Shown one piece after another: positions 24,092 through 36,010 of a stretch of DNA of 64,000 nt (positions within the stretch are counted from its first letter, which is position 1; every line of letters begins with the position of its first letter). Where the stretch lies: NCBI RefSeq assembly GCF_001194135.2, contig NC_068997.1, positions 7,742,496-7,806,495 of the forward strand. The letters run 5' to 3'. Under the pieces are notes generated by a model, which saw nothing but the letters and a program-made list of their open reading frames with translations, made no database searches and was not told where the DNA came from. Source of the DNA: Octopus bimaculoides. Lineage: Eukaryota. The position numbers were made by a program, and so were the translations under genes.

Positions 24092-25274
24092 TGATTTTTG
24101 CTTGGGGGTTCTTGTTTTTAAAACTATCCAGAAGGATAGATATATTGTTGAGAACAATAGGTTTCGTTGGTGGTCTTGTTATCTGAATTCTAGCTTTTGG
24201 TGGCTTATAAGAGGTTAGAAAGGTCGTAGAGTAGTGAAGTCATTATTTCGACCAAGCTATGGCAATCTGGCAAATGTAAAACTGCTGTCACAGAAAAACT
24301 ATTGTTCCACCGTGAGATCCAATATTATTAATTATTAATTATCAAGGCAGATTGCAATTCACAACTCTCTGCTTTTGATTTTTGTCCATGAAGGCATTCA
24401 CTCACTGGCAACAAAATCTGTTGAGTTAGAATACTACCAGCACCAGTAATGTGCTGAGGCTTGCAATTTCTAGTTGGAATAATGATTTTTCAGGTTGTTA
24501 TTCCCAGCAGCAATGGACATTTAAAAGAGTCATTTTATTGACAAAAAAAATTTACAATTAAAATACTACTTTATAGGGACCATATAACGTGTAATGGTTC
24601 TCAACCATTATTTGCCTAGGGGTCCCTTTGATTTGTATTTGACTCTCCTGAACCTCCACACCCATTTTATGTATAAAAATAATCATCATCATCGTTTAAC
24701 ATCTGTTTTCCATGCTAGCATGGGTTGGACGATTTGACTGAGGACTGGCAAACCAGAAGGCTGCACCAGGCTCCAATCTGATTTCTGATCTGGCAGAGTT
24801 TCTACAGTCAGATGCCCTTCCTAACGCCAACCACTCCGAGAGTGTAGTGGGTGCTTTTACACGCCACCGGCACGAGGGCCATTCACACGGTACTGGCAAC
24901 GGCCACACTCAAAATAGTGTTTTTTACGTGCCACCTGCATGGGAGCCAATCCAGCGGCACTGGCAATGACCTTGCTCAAATGATTTTCTAAACGTGCCAC
25001 CAGCACAAGTGCTAGAAGGCGACGCTGGTAACGATTACGCTATAATGGTGCTATTTACGGGCCACTAGCATGGAAGCCAGACAGATGTATTAAAAATATT
25101 AAGATATTTTGTGTATTATAAATTTTAACAACAAAATCTTACATGGATGTTAGTTGAGAACCACAAGCGTAGTCTATAAAAAGCTACTGAGAAACAACAT
25201 TTAAAATAACGGCTAAATACACTTTACAATCAGAAAGAATTTCTTTAAAAGGAATATGAAAAATTTCAACTTAC

Positions 25275-25326
25275 TATCATCTGCATTAACTACACATTCT
25301 TCTGCACCTTTTTGCAATTTTTTGTT
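25275..25326 (-). CDS. PLCG: PLC-gamma exon, post-X linker (NKKLQKGAEECVVNADD), 52 nt, phase 0-1
   Basis: Long U tract then tag acceptor, gtaagt donor; completes the K-x-KKL substrate-binding motif. Confidence 0.9.
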
Positions 25327-25783
25327 CTAAAAATATAAAAAAAAGAAAAAAATTGGAAAATAGAGTTTGGCAGAAGGTTAGAAGAAAGAACACATGCTAC
25401 ATGAAAATAAAAGTACACAATATAGCCAAGTCATCATCATCATCATCATCATCATTTAACGTCCGTTTTCCATGCTGAGATGGGTTGGACAGTAGAGATT
25501 AATTCCACGAATATTGATGATGATGATGACGATTTTCTAAGTTGGCTGCAAATACTTATTAAGTCCTTTCATTAGAACAAAATCCTTAATAACGACCAAG
25601 TTTATTTAAACATACACTGTATGGTGTCATCTATAATTATCATCAGAGGTTTACTGTACAGCTCAACACATATTTTCTTTATCTCCCCCACCCACCGACT
25701 CAGATATATTTTTAAAACTGTAAATGCAAACGTCTAAAAGGAAATTGTTGTCACAAAGAAAGAAACGAATAATTTTGACAAAC

Positions 25784-25866
25784 CTTCAGAAGGATCTTTT
25801 TACGTAGTTGATTAGGGGAGGGTAATTGCGTTTCATCTTTGTCAATAAAATCAACAAGTAAGTCAT
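25784..25866 (-). CDS. PLCG: PLC-gamma exon, X-box end (DDLLVDFIDKDETQLPSPNQLRKKILLK), 83 nt, phase 1-0
   Basis: tttttctag acceptor, AAG|gtttgt donor; LPSPNQLxxKIL signature. Confidence 0.95.
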
Positions 25867-26017
25867 CTAGAAAAAAAAACGAAAAAAAAAAAACCAAAAA
25901 CAGAGAGTAAAATATCAAATAGTGTCTAAAGATATTAAAACTGGAGAGAAATAAGCAAAAATCCATGGTGGCAAGTAAAAATAGACGAAGATGCTTAGAA
26001 AGCTTTAAATAACCCAC

Positions 26018-26103
26018 CCCGGAACATGTCTTTGAAAGCCATTGCCATCTTCCGTTGTTGTGGGAGTGTACAGTGATTCTCTATTGATAAAATCAGGGGG
26101 TAA
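26018..26103 (-). CDS. PLCG: PLC-gamma exon, X-box ([28 protein letters not shown]), 86 nt, phase 2-1
   Basis: ccatttcag acceptor, G|gtgggt donor; PxILSIExHC signature. Confidence 0.95.
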
Positions 26104-26210
26104 CTGAAATGGAAGAAAAAAACATTTTTTAAATAATAATACTGTTAATAAAATAATACATAAACAGAAATAACTTTACTGACAATGTATACATATATAA
26201 TATATGCATG

Positions 26211-26246
<36 letters not shown>

Positions 26247-26559
26247 TACATACATACCTATACATGTGTATGTATGTATATACATCATATACATATATAT
26301 ATATCAACTTTAAATAGAGCTCAAAATTGATCTGTTGAAAATACTTTATTGCAACAACAATAACAATAATAACAATAATAACAAATAAATAGACCTATGT
26401 ACATTTCGATAGAACATCCAGAATGATTAATACATATCATAAAATATTATAAAATATTATAAAATGATATATATTCAAAGACTCAACAATCTTAGCAGAA
26501 AACTCACAGTTAACAGATACTATATTTTTTACCAAATTTTTGGGTTAAAAAAATATATA

Positions 26560-26597
<38 letters not shown>

Positions 26598-27136
26598 TCC
26601 AACTAGTGACTGCAGAGAAGCTATTTTTGTAGCATGAAATCCCTTTTGCAACTAGCCTAAGGGCTAGTCCTCATGGCCATGTTCTTTGCAGATGTTTCAA
26701 ATCGGAAATCCAATTGAGATAAAACACATTCTGCTATTTTGGCCAGAATTGCAACAAGGAACTTATATTGGAACAACCAGAAGATTTCATCCCTTCACCT
26801 GGCAACAAAAGATGTCTTTTTCTCCCTCAACAATAAACAGCAACAAAGCTGACAGCCATCACCATATTTATTTCATAAACCAGAAACACACGACAAACAT
26901 TGAGTCAACAAGGGAATCTGTATGTGGTTGCTCAACCTGCTAGAAAAAACAGCCGAGTTTCCTTCAAATCACACCCAGTCTTAAATGAACGATATCTGGA
27001 AAATGATGCTGGATGGTCACAGTAGAAATACCTTTGATGAGGTCAGACTCAAGACTAAACAACACATTGCCAACAACAAGAAGAACAGTAACAACTTGAA
27101 GACAGATTAGTAAATGGTAGAAGTGAAGTTACTTAC

Positions 27137-27257
27137 TCTGTTGTCACCCAGGCATGCTCAGCAATAGTTTTGAGGACATCAAGGAATTTTATTTTACTGG
27201 TTAATGTAAGGCCATGTGTTATGTGTGGGTAACCTTCAGGGCCATCCCAACAATCCA
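27137..27257 (-). CDS. PLCG: PLC-gamma exon, X-box with second catalytic His (LDCWDGPEGYPHITHGLTLTSKIKFLDVL...WVTTD), 121 nt, phase 1-2
   Basis: catcttccag acceptor, gtaagt donor; DCWDGP and HGxTLT signatures. Confidence 0.97.
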
Positions 27258-27751
27258 CTGGAAGATGAAGAAAAACGAATATCAGCTTCAACATTCAATA
27301 CATACAGTATGGAACAAGACCAACATACAAATAAGCGAGCAGGGCTAGCATCAGTAGGGAACTGAGCTAAGGTGCGTTAGGGAGCTGGGTGAAATGATGG
27401 TAGGAGATTAGTTGTGAGAGAAGTTGAATAATGTTTGTAATAAATGCTGTTTGTATTTAATGAGATCAGTCATGTCAGACTCTTTCAGTCCATCCTAAAA
27501 AGGAACTTCTACATGGTTAATTAACTTGCTAGAAATAGCAGCCAAATCTCACTGAAACCACACTATCAGCTTTAAAACAGGGAGTTCAATGCGTTAAGTG
27601 GTGCTCAATACACTGAAGCTACAAGAAAAAAACATGGAATTAGTTATGGCCAGAACAGCTGTGGTCAAAGGGTTTTTTTCTTGATCAGAATGGATTTGGG
27701 GATAAACAACAACAAGGTATAAGAGGATTAATACAGAATAACATTACTTAC

Positions 27752-27837
27752 ATTCAATACACCGACAACCCATTCTCAAGCACCGGGCATAGGCTTCCAC
27801 AGATGAATCACTCCTTAATTGACAACCGGTTAAATAA
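27752..27837 (-). CDS. PLCG: PLC-gamma exon, X-box ([28 protein letters not shown]), 86 nt, phase 2-1
   Basis: gttacag acceptor, gtaagt donor; [15 protein letters not shown] signature. Confidence 0.97.
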
Positions 27838-28208
27838 CTGTAACAACAACAACAACATCATTAGCATCAACAACAGTTAAATCCATCATCATCATCATTT
27901 AACATCTGTTTTCTATGCTGCAATGGGTTGGAATTGGTAAGGGTAAGAAAAGAACCAAGTTCCAATTGTCTGCTTCGGTTTCAACGGCTAGATGCCCTTC
28001 CTAACATTAACCACTTTACAGGGTGGAGCTGGGGGGGCTTTTTACATGGCACCAGCACAGAAGCCTTTTATGTGGCGCCAGAGTGGGAGCTCTATGCACG
28101 ACACCAGCAGAGGTGCTTTTAACAAACACATTCGTATACAAGTAGAGAAGTGCATATATCAATGCACAGAAAGGCAGTCGTCAAAGAGAAGCATCAAAGT
28201 GTACTTAC

Positions 28209-28324
28209 GTGTTATGAGAAGAAGCAATCCAATAGTGAGACAAAGGGTGGTTCATGTCTTGCGTCACTTTGTCATATTTTGTGTCCCAAACTTGATTTGG
28301 TTTAGAAAATAAATAATCTTCAAA
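28209..28324 (-). CDS. PLCG: PLC-gamma exon, X-box start with first catalytic His ([13 protein letters not shown]...[14 protein letters not shown]), 116 nt, phase 0-2
   Basis: tctttacag acceptor, gtaagt donor; PLSHYWIxSSHNT signature. Confidence 0.97.
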
Positions 28325-28519
28325 CTGTAAAGAAAACAAGTACAATAAAATAAATTAAATGCGAGTGTGGCAAGTGTGTGTAACCCATGCTAGCATGGAA
28401 AGCGGATGTTAAACGATGATGATGATGATATGATATATATATATATATATATATACAGTAATACCTCACTTTACGAGTTTTTAAGAGTTTTATTTTCTGT
28501 TTACGAGTTTTCACTTTAC

Positions 28520-29560
28520 AAACATTCTCTAGGAATGGTAGTCTGAAGGAGCAAGGTCGGAAGAATAAGGTGGGTGAGGAATTTTTTCTCAAAGAAGCTC
28601 TTTGATCTTCTGTGCTGTGATCTTTGCAGTGTGGGGTCACGCATTGTCCTGATGAAACATCTTTCCTTTTCAATTCACTAAAGCGGGTCTTTTCTTCTTC
28701 AAAGCTTGGTTCAAATGATCTAATTGCTGACAATTAAGCATTGACTGTTGCATTAAGTGGTAACAATTTCAAAGTGAATTACTGCTTTGCAATCCCACCA
28801 GATAGACAGAAGAACATTTTTCTCATGAAGTTCCCTTCTTGGTTGTGGTTGAGCTTTTTCCCTTTTTCCAAGTCACTGTTTACGCTGTTTAACATTTCGA
28901 TAGAAGATCCATTTTTCATTACCACTCACAAGACTATCCAAAAAGGGTGAAATGAGTTTGCGAGAATGGAGAGAAGAGCAGATGTCAACTTGGGATTTGC
29001 AGTTGCTTTCAGACAATTCATGAGGCACCCATTTTCCAAGTTTAGGAACCTTTCCAAGTTGTTGAAGATGACAATGAACAGTTGTATGGTTTGAACTAAG
29101 CTTTATTGCCAATTCTTCAACTGATAATGCAGGATTTTCATCAAGTAATGCCTCAAGGAGCTTATCACCAAATTCAACTGGACGTCCTGTTCGATCTTTA
29201 TCTTCAAAGCTGAAATCTCCACTTCTGAAATTTGCAAACCATCTTCTGCAAGTTCTTTCATTCAAGCATTCTTTCCCATAAAAGGAGTGTATGTTTTGAG
29301 TCGCTTCGGCTGCAGAGTTTCCTTTTTTGTACTCATAAAGCATTATGTACCTCAAATATTATTTGGATACTTCCATGTTAGAAAGGGTTTTAATCAAAGA
29401 AATTTTAATTCTATCATTCTGTAAAATAATATTTAATTAGTTTATATGTACACAAATGCATAAAAATAATTTTTAATTCCATTAGACATTCTAAAATACT
29501 ATTAAATTTCATTCAATTTTAAAAAAGGTAAAATTGGACAGAACTTATGGGACGACCTGA
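28520..29560 (-). mobile_element. Mariner transposon, 5' TIR intact, transposase pseudogenised, 3' end lost
   Basis: TA|TCAGGTCGTCCCATAAGTTCTG terminus; ORF 28873-29355 has HTH, GRP, WVPHEL and GNEKW; downstream HQDNA*PH and HPPYSSDLAPSDYH interrupted by stops. Confidence 0.93.
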
Positions 29561-29765
29561 TATATATATATATATATAAGGTTTCAATATGTGGACATGA
29601 AGTTTATTTTACAATTATGTGGTTCCATGTTTGATCCCCACTGTATGGTTGGCACCTTGAGATCTCATTGTGTGTGTGCATCAATGTTGTTTATGTTTTG
29701 TTTCTTTATGCCTGGCTATGTCACCACAGTGTTGTGCATTTCTACATGCAAACTCCACAACTAAC

Positions 29766-29867
29766 CTCTTGTTCAGTAAAATAAGGCTCAGCAGCTGCTC
29801 TCACTGCATCGTCCAGGTGAGTTTTCATGATGTCTTTCACAACATTGATATCATTGGCACTTGAATC
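29766..29867 (-). CDS. PLCG: PLC-gamma exon (DSSANDINVVKDIMKTHLDDAVRAAAEPYFTEQE), 102 nt, phase 0-0
   Basis: ttattttcag acceptor, GAG|gttagt donor; EPYF motif. Confidence 0.92.
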
Positions 29868-30444
29868 CTGAAAATAAGTTTAAAAAATAAAGTTTTTTTA
29901 AAAAGTTGAAACGAAAATAAAATCAATCAAAAGTTAATATGTATTTTTACACTAAACTTAGTCTGGAGGAAAGGTCAGTATTGAACACTCTTTGTGGGGG
30001 CCTGCAACAATGCCAGAAGGAACAAAGTTGTCTTCAACCCAACAACCTGGCTAGAATGCTTTGCTAAAGTTACCCAAAGACCAGGAACTTCTGTTTGCTA
30101 ATCAAGAGATTAAATCAACCATCCAAGAAGGCCATGGAGGGATCTGAATTTAGAAAGCAAAGGACCTCAAGGTATCCTACTCGCCATTCCAATTCCAATA
30201 GTCCTGACTAGTAGATTATTTATTAACCCCAGAAGGAAAACAATAAAAATTCCTTGAATGGGATTTGAATTCAGAATGTAACAACCTGGATTGAACAACA
30301 CAAGGTATTTTGTCTGATGTTCCAACAATTCTACCAATTTAGCATCAATTAGTTAACAAAAATAAACCTAGAAGTCACCATATTTCATTTTGGTAAGTAG
30401 ATGGAAACTGAAAGAAGCCTGTCGTGTGTGTGTGTGTGTATGTG

Positions 30445-30491
<47 letters not shown>

Positions 30492-31469
30492 GTACAGGAT
30501 GTCACCAACTGTGTAAACAACATGAAGTACGAAAACAAACGAGTTAAATACGCAAACGAGAGAAAAAATGGAGAACAGGATAAGTAACACAAAGAATGAC
30601 CCTTCATCAGTTGTCAGCTGTCTATCTACTCCTCATCTCGAGCATTCAATGACAATATGAGTCTTCGAAGACAGTTACTCCCATAAATTCCAAAATAGAA
30701 TTTGGGATATATGGAGGATCAAATTTGGGAACAAAACCAGGATAGTGGGGACATACAAGGAAACCGAACGAAAACAAACATGGAGGGTCGTTAAACGAGA
30801 ATAAGAGGAAAATAGTGAATGCTGGGAGAAATATTTTCTTTGAAAAGAGGCAAGATAGAAGTGAGGGATAGAAGACGTCCAGTTCTTAGAACGTCATGGC
30901 TTAGAAGTATTTTGACCTCTATTTTTAGCAAAGCTGGTGCTCATGTAGTACCCAAGTATATATAAATATATTATATAAATATTAATTTGCCTATACGGCT
31001 GTATGCTCGCAGCCATTAATGTCATTATTTTTAGAAATAATATCGTTCTTTTACATCTATGAATCATTTCACATGGTTCGTTTGTTTCAGTGGTGTTCAA
31101 CCACTCAAACGAATTTACAGGCATGATGGTAGCGAATTCTAGTAGCTGTCCCTGGCCGATTTGACTGAGGAGAATCGGGCACCTTAGGCACTAACTTCAA
31201 AATCATGATATCAAATGAACTGACATTCCTTCTACATCCTTGGTGGAGGTAAGATGCTATTCTTGTTCATTAAAATTTGTTTTCAATCATGCCAGCTTTA
31301 ATTTAGTGATTCTTCTGGGGCTTAGAAGTATTTTTAGCGAAGCAGGTGCTTAGAAGTATTTTTAGCGAAGCAGGTGCTCATGTTGTACCCTAGTATACAT
31401 AAATATATACTAGGCTATATGCACACGGCCACAAATGTTATTGTTTTTAGAAATAATACCATTCTTTTA

Positions 31470-31527
<58 letters not shown>

Positions 31528-31797
31528 ACAGCCGATGTTGGTGTGTTTAAGTCCCCATAACATAGCAGTTCGGCAAAAGAGATTGATAGAATAAGTGCTA
31601 GGCTTACAAAGAGTAAGTCCAGGGGTCGATTTGTTCGACTAAAGGCAGTGCTCCAGCATGGCCGCAGTCAAATGACAGAAGCAAGTAGAAGAATGAAAGA
31701 ATAGAAGAATGGCATCAGACGCACACAGAATTAATCCATTTAAAACTGACAACTCTCTTTGTTTTTTATTCATAGAAACCTTTGTAGAAATACTTAC

Positions 31798-31846
31798 TCT
31801 TTGTTCTTGTAGCAAAAATAGTTGAAAATTTTCAGGTGACATGGTC
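31798..31846 (-). CDS. PLCG: PLC-gamma exon, EF-hand (TMSPENFQLFLLQEQR), 49 nt, phase 2-0
   Basis: cttatttcag acceptor, gtaagt donor; FQxFLxxEQ motif. Confidence 0.92.
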
Positions 31847-31984
31847 CTGAAATAAGAACAGAGAAGCCAAAAGTAAGTAAATGTGAGACATTGTGTGTAT
31901 GTGTGAGCATCATTGCGTGCGTGTGTGTGTGTGTATATGTATATGTATATGTGTATATATATATATATAGATATATATATGTAT

Positions 31985-32016
<32 letters not shown>

Positions 32017-33204
32017 GTATATACATAAAATCATTGTTTAATGTCTATTTTCCATGCTGGCATGGGTTGAACGGTTTGACTGGGGAATGGCAAGCCAGTA
32101 GGCTGTACCAGGCTCCAATCTGATCTGGCATGGTTTCAACAGCTAGATGCCTTTCCTAACCACTTTCAGAGTGTAGTGGGTGCTTTTTATGTTCCACTGG
32201 CACGAGAGCCAGTCAGGTGGCACTGGTATCGACCATGTTTTGATGCTGCTTTTTACATGCCACCAGCACAGGAGCCAGTCAGGCGGCACTGACATCAGCC
32301 ACAACTACAATTTCCTTTTTCATTTCAATCTTGATCTGCTTTTGATTTATATATATGTGTCTGATGTGCAGAAGTGACTGAGTGGTAAGTAGCTGGCTTA
32401 CCAACCACATGGTTCTGGGTTCAGTCCCACTGTGTGGCACCTTGGGCAAGTGTCTTCTACTATACCCTCAGGCCGACCAAAGCCTTGTGAGTGGATTTGG
32501 TAGACGGAAACTGACAGAAGCCCATGTGTGTATATATGTTTGTGTGTCTGTGTTTGTCCCCCCNNNNNNNNNNNNNNNNNNNNNNNNNNNNNNNNNNNNN
32601 NNNNNNNNNNNNNNNNNNNNNNNNNNNNNNNNNNNNNNNNNNNNNNNNNNNNNNNNNNNNNNNNNNNNNNNNNNNNNNNNNNNNNNNNNNNNNNNNNNNN
32701 NNNNNNNNNNNNNNNNNNNNNNNNNNNNNNNNNNNNNNNNNNNNNNNNNNNNNNNNNNNNNNNNNNNNNNNNNNNNNNNNNNNNNNNNNNNNNNNNNNNN
32801 NNNNNNNNNNNNNNNNNNNNNNNNNNNNNNNNNNNNNNNNNNNNNNNNNNNNNNNNNNNNNNNNNNNNNNNNNNNNNNNNNNNNNNNNNNNNNNNNNNNN
32901 NNNNNNNNNNNNNNNNNNNNNNNNNNNNNNNNNNNNNNNNNNNNNNNNNNNNNNNNNNNNNNNNNNNNNNNNNNNNNNNNNNNNNNNNNNNNNNNNNNNN
33001 NNNNNNNNNNNNNNNNNNNNNNNNNNNNNNNNNNNNNNNNNNNNNNNNNNNNNNNNNNNNNNNNNNNNNNNNNNNNNNNNNNNNNNNNNNNNNNNNNNNN
33101 NNNNNNNNNNNNNNNNNNNNNNNNNNNNNNNNNNNNNNNNNNNNNNNNNNNNNNNNNNNNNNNNNNNNNNNNNNNNNNNNNNNNNNNNNNNNNNNNNNNN
33201 NNNN

Positions 33205-33239
<35 letters not shown>

Positions 33240-33403
33240 TATGTATATATACATATATCTATGTACATGCATATATATGTGTATGTGAGTCTGTTTCTCT
33301 CAACACACACATATATATATATATACAGAGAGAGAGAGAGAGAGAGAGAAAGGCAAGACAAAGAATAAATGTATATAAATACAGGCATAATTATATAAAT
33401 ACG

Positions 33404-33473
<70 letters not shown>

Positions 33474-34033
33474 CATCTGTACATGTGTACCTATGCCTAA
33501 TCTATCCAATGTGTTCAGTGGCTGTCTATAATGCTATATTATTCTTTGTCTTTTTTCGTAATTGCACATATATATACACACACGCGCACACACACATTTG
33601 TTTAATTCTCAGCTCATGAAAATAAATAAATAGGGCATAACTTTTGCGCACCCTCCTCTACCTGTCTCATTGTATGAGCATATGTCAGTGCGTGCGTGGA
33701 TGTGTGTGTGTGTTTGTGTATACGTATGTGAGCGCTTGTCTCTCCTTGACTTGACATCACATGATTGCTGTAAATGAATGTCACTCATTTTGAACTTTGT
33801 GTGAAAACATTGTTTGGCCATGATGGAGGATGGGGGAATTCAAATAATGCCTTACTTGGAAACATGTGGGGGTTAGTGACAGGAAAGGCACCCAGCCATA
33901 GAAAATTTGCTTCAACAAATTCTGTTGCTGAATATCTCTCGTTGTGAGATTTAAAAATAGTAATTTTCCAAATTCTGTTTGACCCATGCAAGCATGGAAA
34001 AGTGAACCCTAAAATAATGATAATATACAGATA

Positions 34034-34241
34034 CATGAGGAGGTGTTGGAAAGTTCCTGGCTTTAGATACAAGAAAATACAGGAGGATCAGTTAATCAGG
34101 ATTTCAGTCAACATATTCACACACCTATTGCTGTGGTCCTTCCATTTTCCTAAACCCTGTAAGAGGACTTGAAAAGTTGGGCCTCCACCCAAACCTTTTG
34201 TGATACTCTTAAAGACAGGAACTTTTCAGCACTCCTCTGTA
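34034..34241. mobile_element. Mariner-type MITE (~200 bp)
   Basis: Degenerate ~30-bp TIRs gaggaggtgttggaaagttcctggcttta / taaagacaggaacttttcagcactcctc, TA-flanked. Confidence 0.7.
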
Positions 34242-34645
34242 TACGTTTCAGTGAATTTAACTTTATTCATAACACACATACACACACACACACAAAGTGA
34301 AATTCATTGTAGATAAAAGGTCTGCATGACTTGCCCATTAATCCAGTTGAACAGACTACAATGGAACAGGATTGTATAGGAGTAAAGCTTCAGTTCTTTA
34401 AAAAATATGCTGTTATTTTTTTATTAATTGTTTGAGATTTGAAGGATTTAGCTGAGCTTTGAGCTACACAAAAGCAGTTTTTTCACATTATTAGCCCACC
34501 TGTAAGTGACTCAGTTTTTCAAATGCCCTTCACTAGGGCATGAAACCAATTCAAAGTTTCATCAAAGAATGAAGCAAAATAAGCACCTGTCTTGATATAG
34601 TTTTGTAAAATAATGGAAATGGATGCAAAACAGATCAATGTTTAC

Positions 34646-34695
34646 CTAATATTGCCACTGAATTCAAAATAATTGGAGAACCTTTCTGTGATAAT
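34646..34695 (-). CDS. PLCG: PLC-gamma short exon, EF region (IITERFSNYFEFSGNIR), 50 nt, phase 0-2
   Basis: ttctttcag acceptor, AG|gtaaac donor; supplies the phase change needed between flanking exons; sequence similarity itself is weak. Confidence 0.8.
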
Positions 34696-35929
34696 CTGAA
34701 AGAACAATAAAACACACACACATATATATATAATAATAAAAAATACAATAGTTTATCAAAAGCTACAGTGAAATAGTTTAATCTAGTTTCTGTCATTAGC
34801 TTTAATGTACACTAATTACCCAGATTATACTCCTTTTGCAAGACAAGGTATGATGCACTAAAAGATACTTGCAAAAAACACATTCTCAATTAAGCACAGG
34901 TATGACTGTGTGGTTAAGAAGCTCGCTTCCTGACCATATAGTTCTGAGTTCAGTCCCACTGCATGGCACCTTGAGCAAGTGTCTTCTACTATAGTCTCAG
35001 GCTCACCAAAGCCTTGTGAGTGGATTTGGTAGATGGAAACTGAAAAAAGCCTGTCATAAAGTGAGATCGTAGCTGTAACCTACACCAGTGTCGCATAACC
35101 AGCCAACTCAAAAAGTACCCTTGGATTGTAGAGCGACAAATTAATTTGAGATTCTTGTTAGCAGGCAAAGGGACACCACCAAAACTCTCTGCTTATCTCT
35201 CATTGTCTATGTTTTACATTTTCTTCCCATGATCGAGGCCAATTTGTATTTGCTGTCCTCCAAGATAGTTAGGGAGACCATATCTTGCTTGTAGATTCTA
35301 CTTTTTGACCCGGTTACAACAGCTGGATGCTCTTCCTAACATCAACTACTTCACAGATTGTACAGAGTACATCTTACCATGGCACCAGCACTAGAGAGGT
35401 TGTCAAGTCATGAGAAGAAAAGAATAGAAAGTCTTCTTCACCTTATGTTGTCTCTGATTATCTGCCAACAACTTGACAGAGTGTATTGGGTGCATTTTAT
35501 AGAAATGCCAGCCCTAGTAGTATTACTTTGTCCCTAACAAGACAAAAGAGCTTCCACCGTTTTAAGTTGGCTGGATTAATGGGCTTTTGCCCAAAGTCTG
35601 CAGGAAATAACAAAAGGAATATAAAAGAAGAAGTTATAGATATCCATGAATGATAAACACTTTAGAATTACATATACAAAGAGAGAAATTTATCCTTTGT
35701 GTGTTTAACGTTAAGTCTAAGCCTCAGCAACCCTCTGGCAGTATCTATCTCTACATAATACAACCAGAGGCAGTAGTAGAATGGAAGATGCTGTAGACAT
35801 CACAGAAACATGGGATTTACTGATGAGAGAGGTCAGTCAAGGTGTAGGATGGAATTTCGGCAGCAGCCTAAAACTATAGAGATGTGGCAGATGTACCAGA
35901 TGTAGCAGATAAAACAGAAGAAGACTTAC

Positions 35930-36010
35930 AGATGGCACATGAATTAAGTTACGGAACAGGGCTGCAAATTCTTCAAATCCTATAGAACAAGTACCATTTT
36001 TATCGACTTC
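35930..36010 (-). CDS. PLCG: PLC-gamma exon, EF-hand loop (EVDKNGTCSIGFEEFAALFRNLIHVPS), 81 nt, phase 0-0
   Basis: tttatttcag acceptor, gtaagt donor; EF-hand-like DxNGxxxIxFEEF. Confidence 0.92.
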
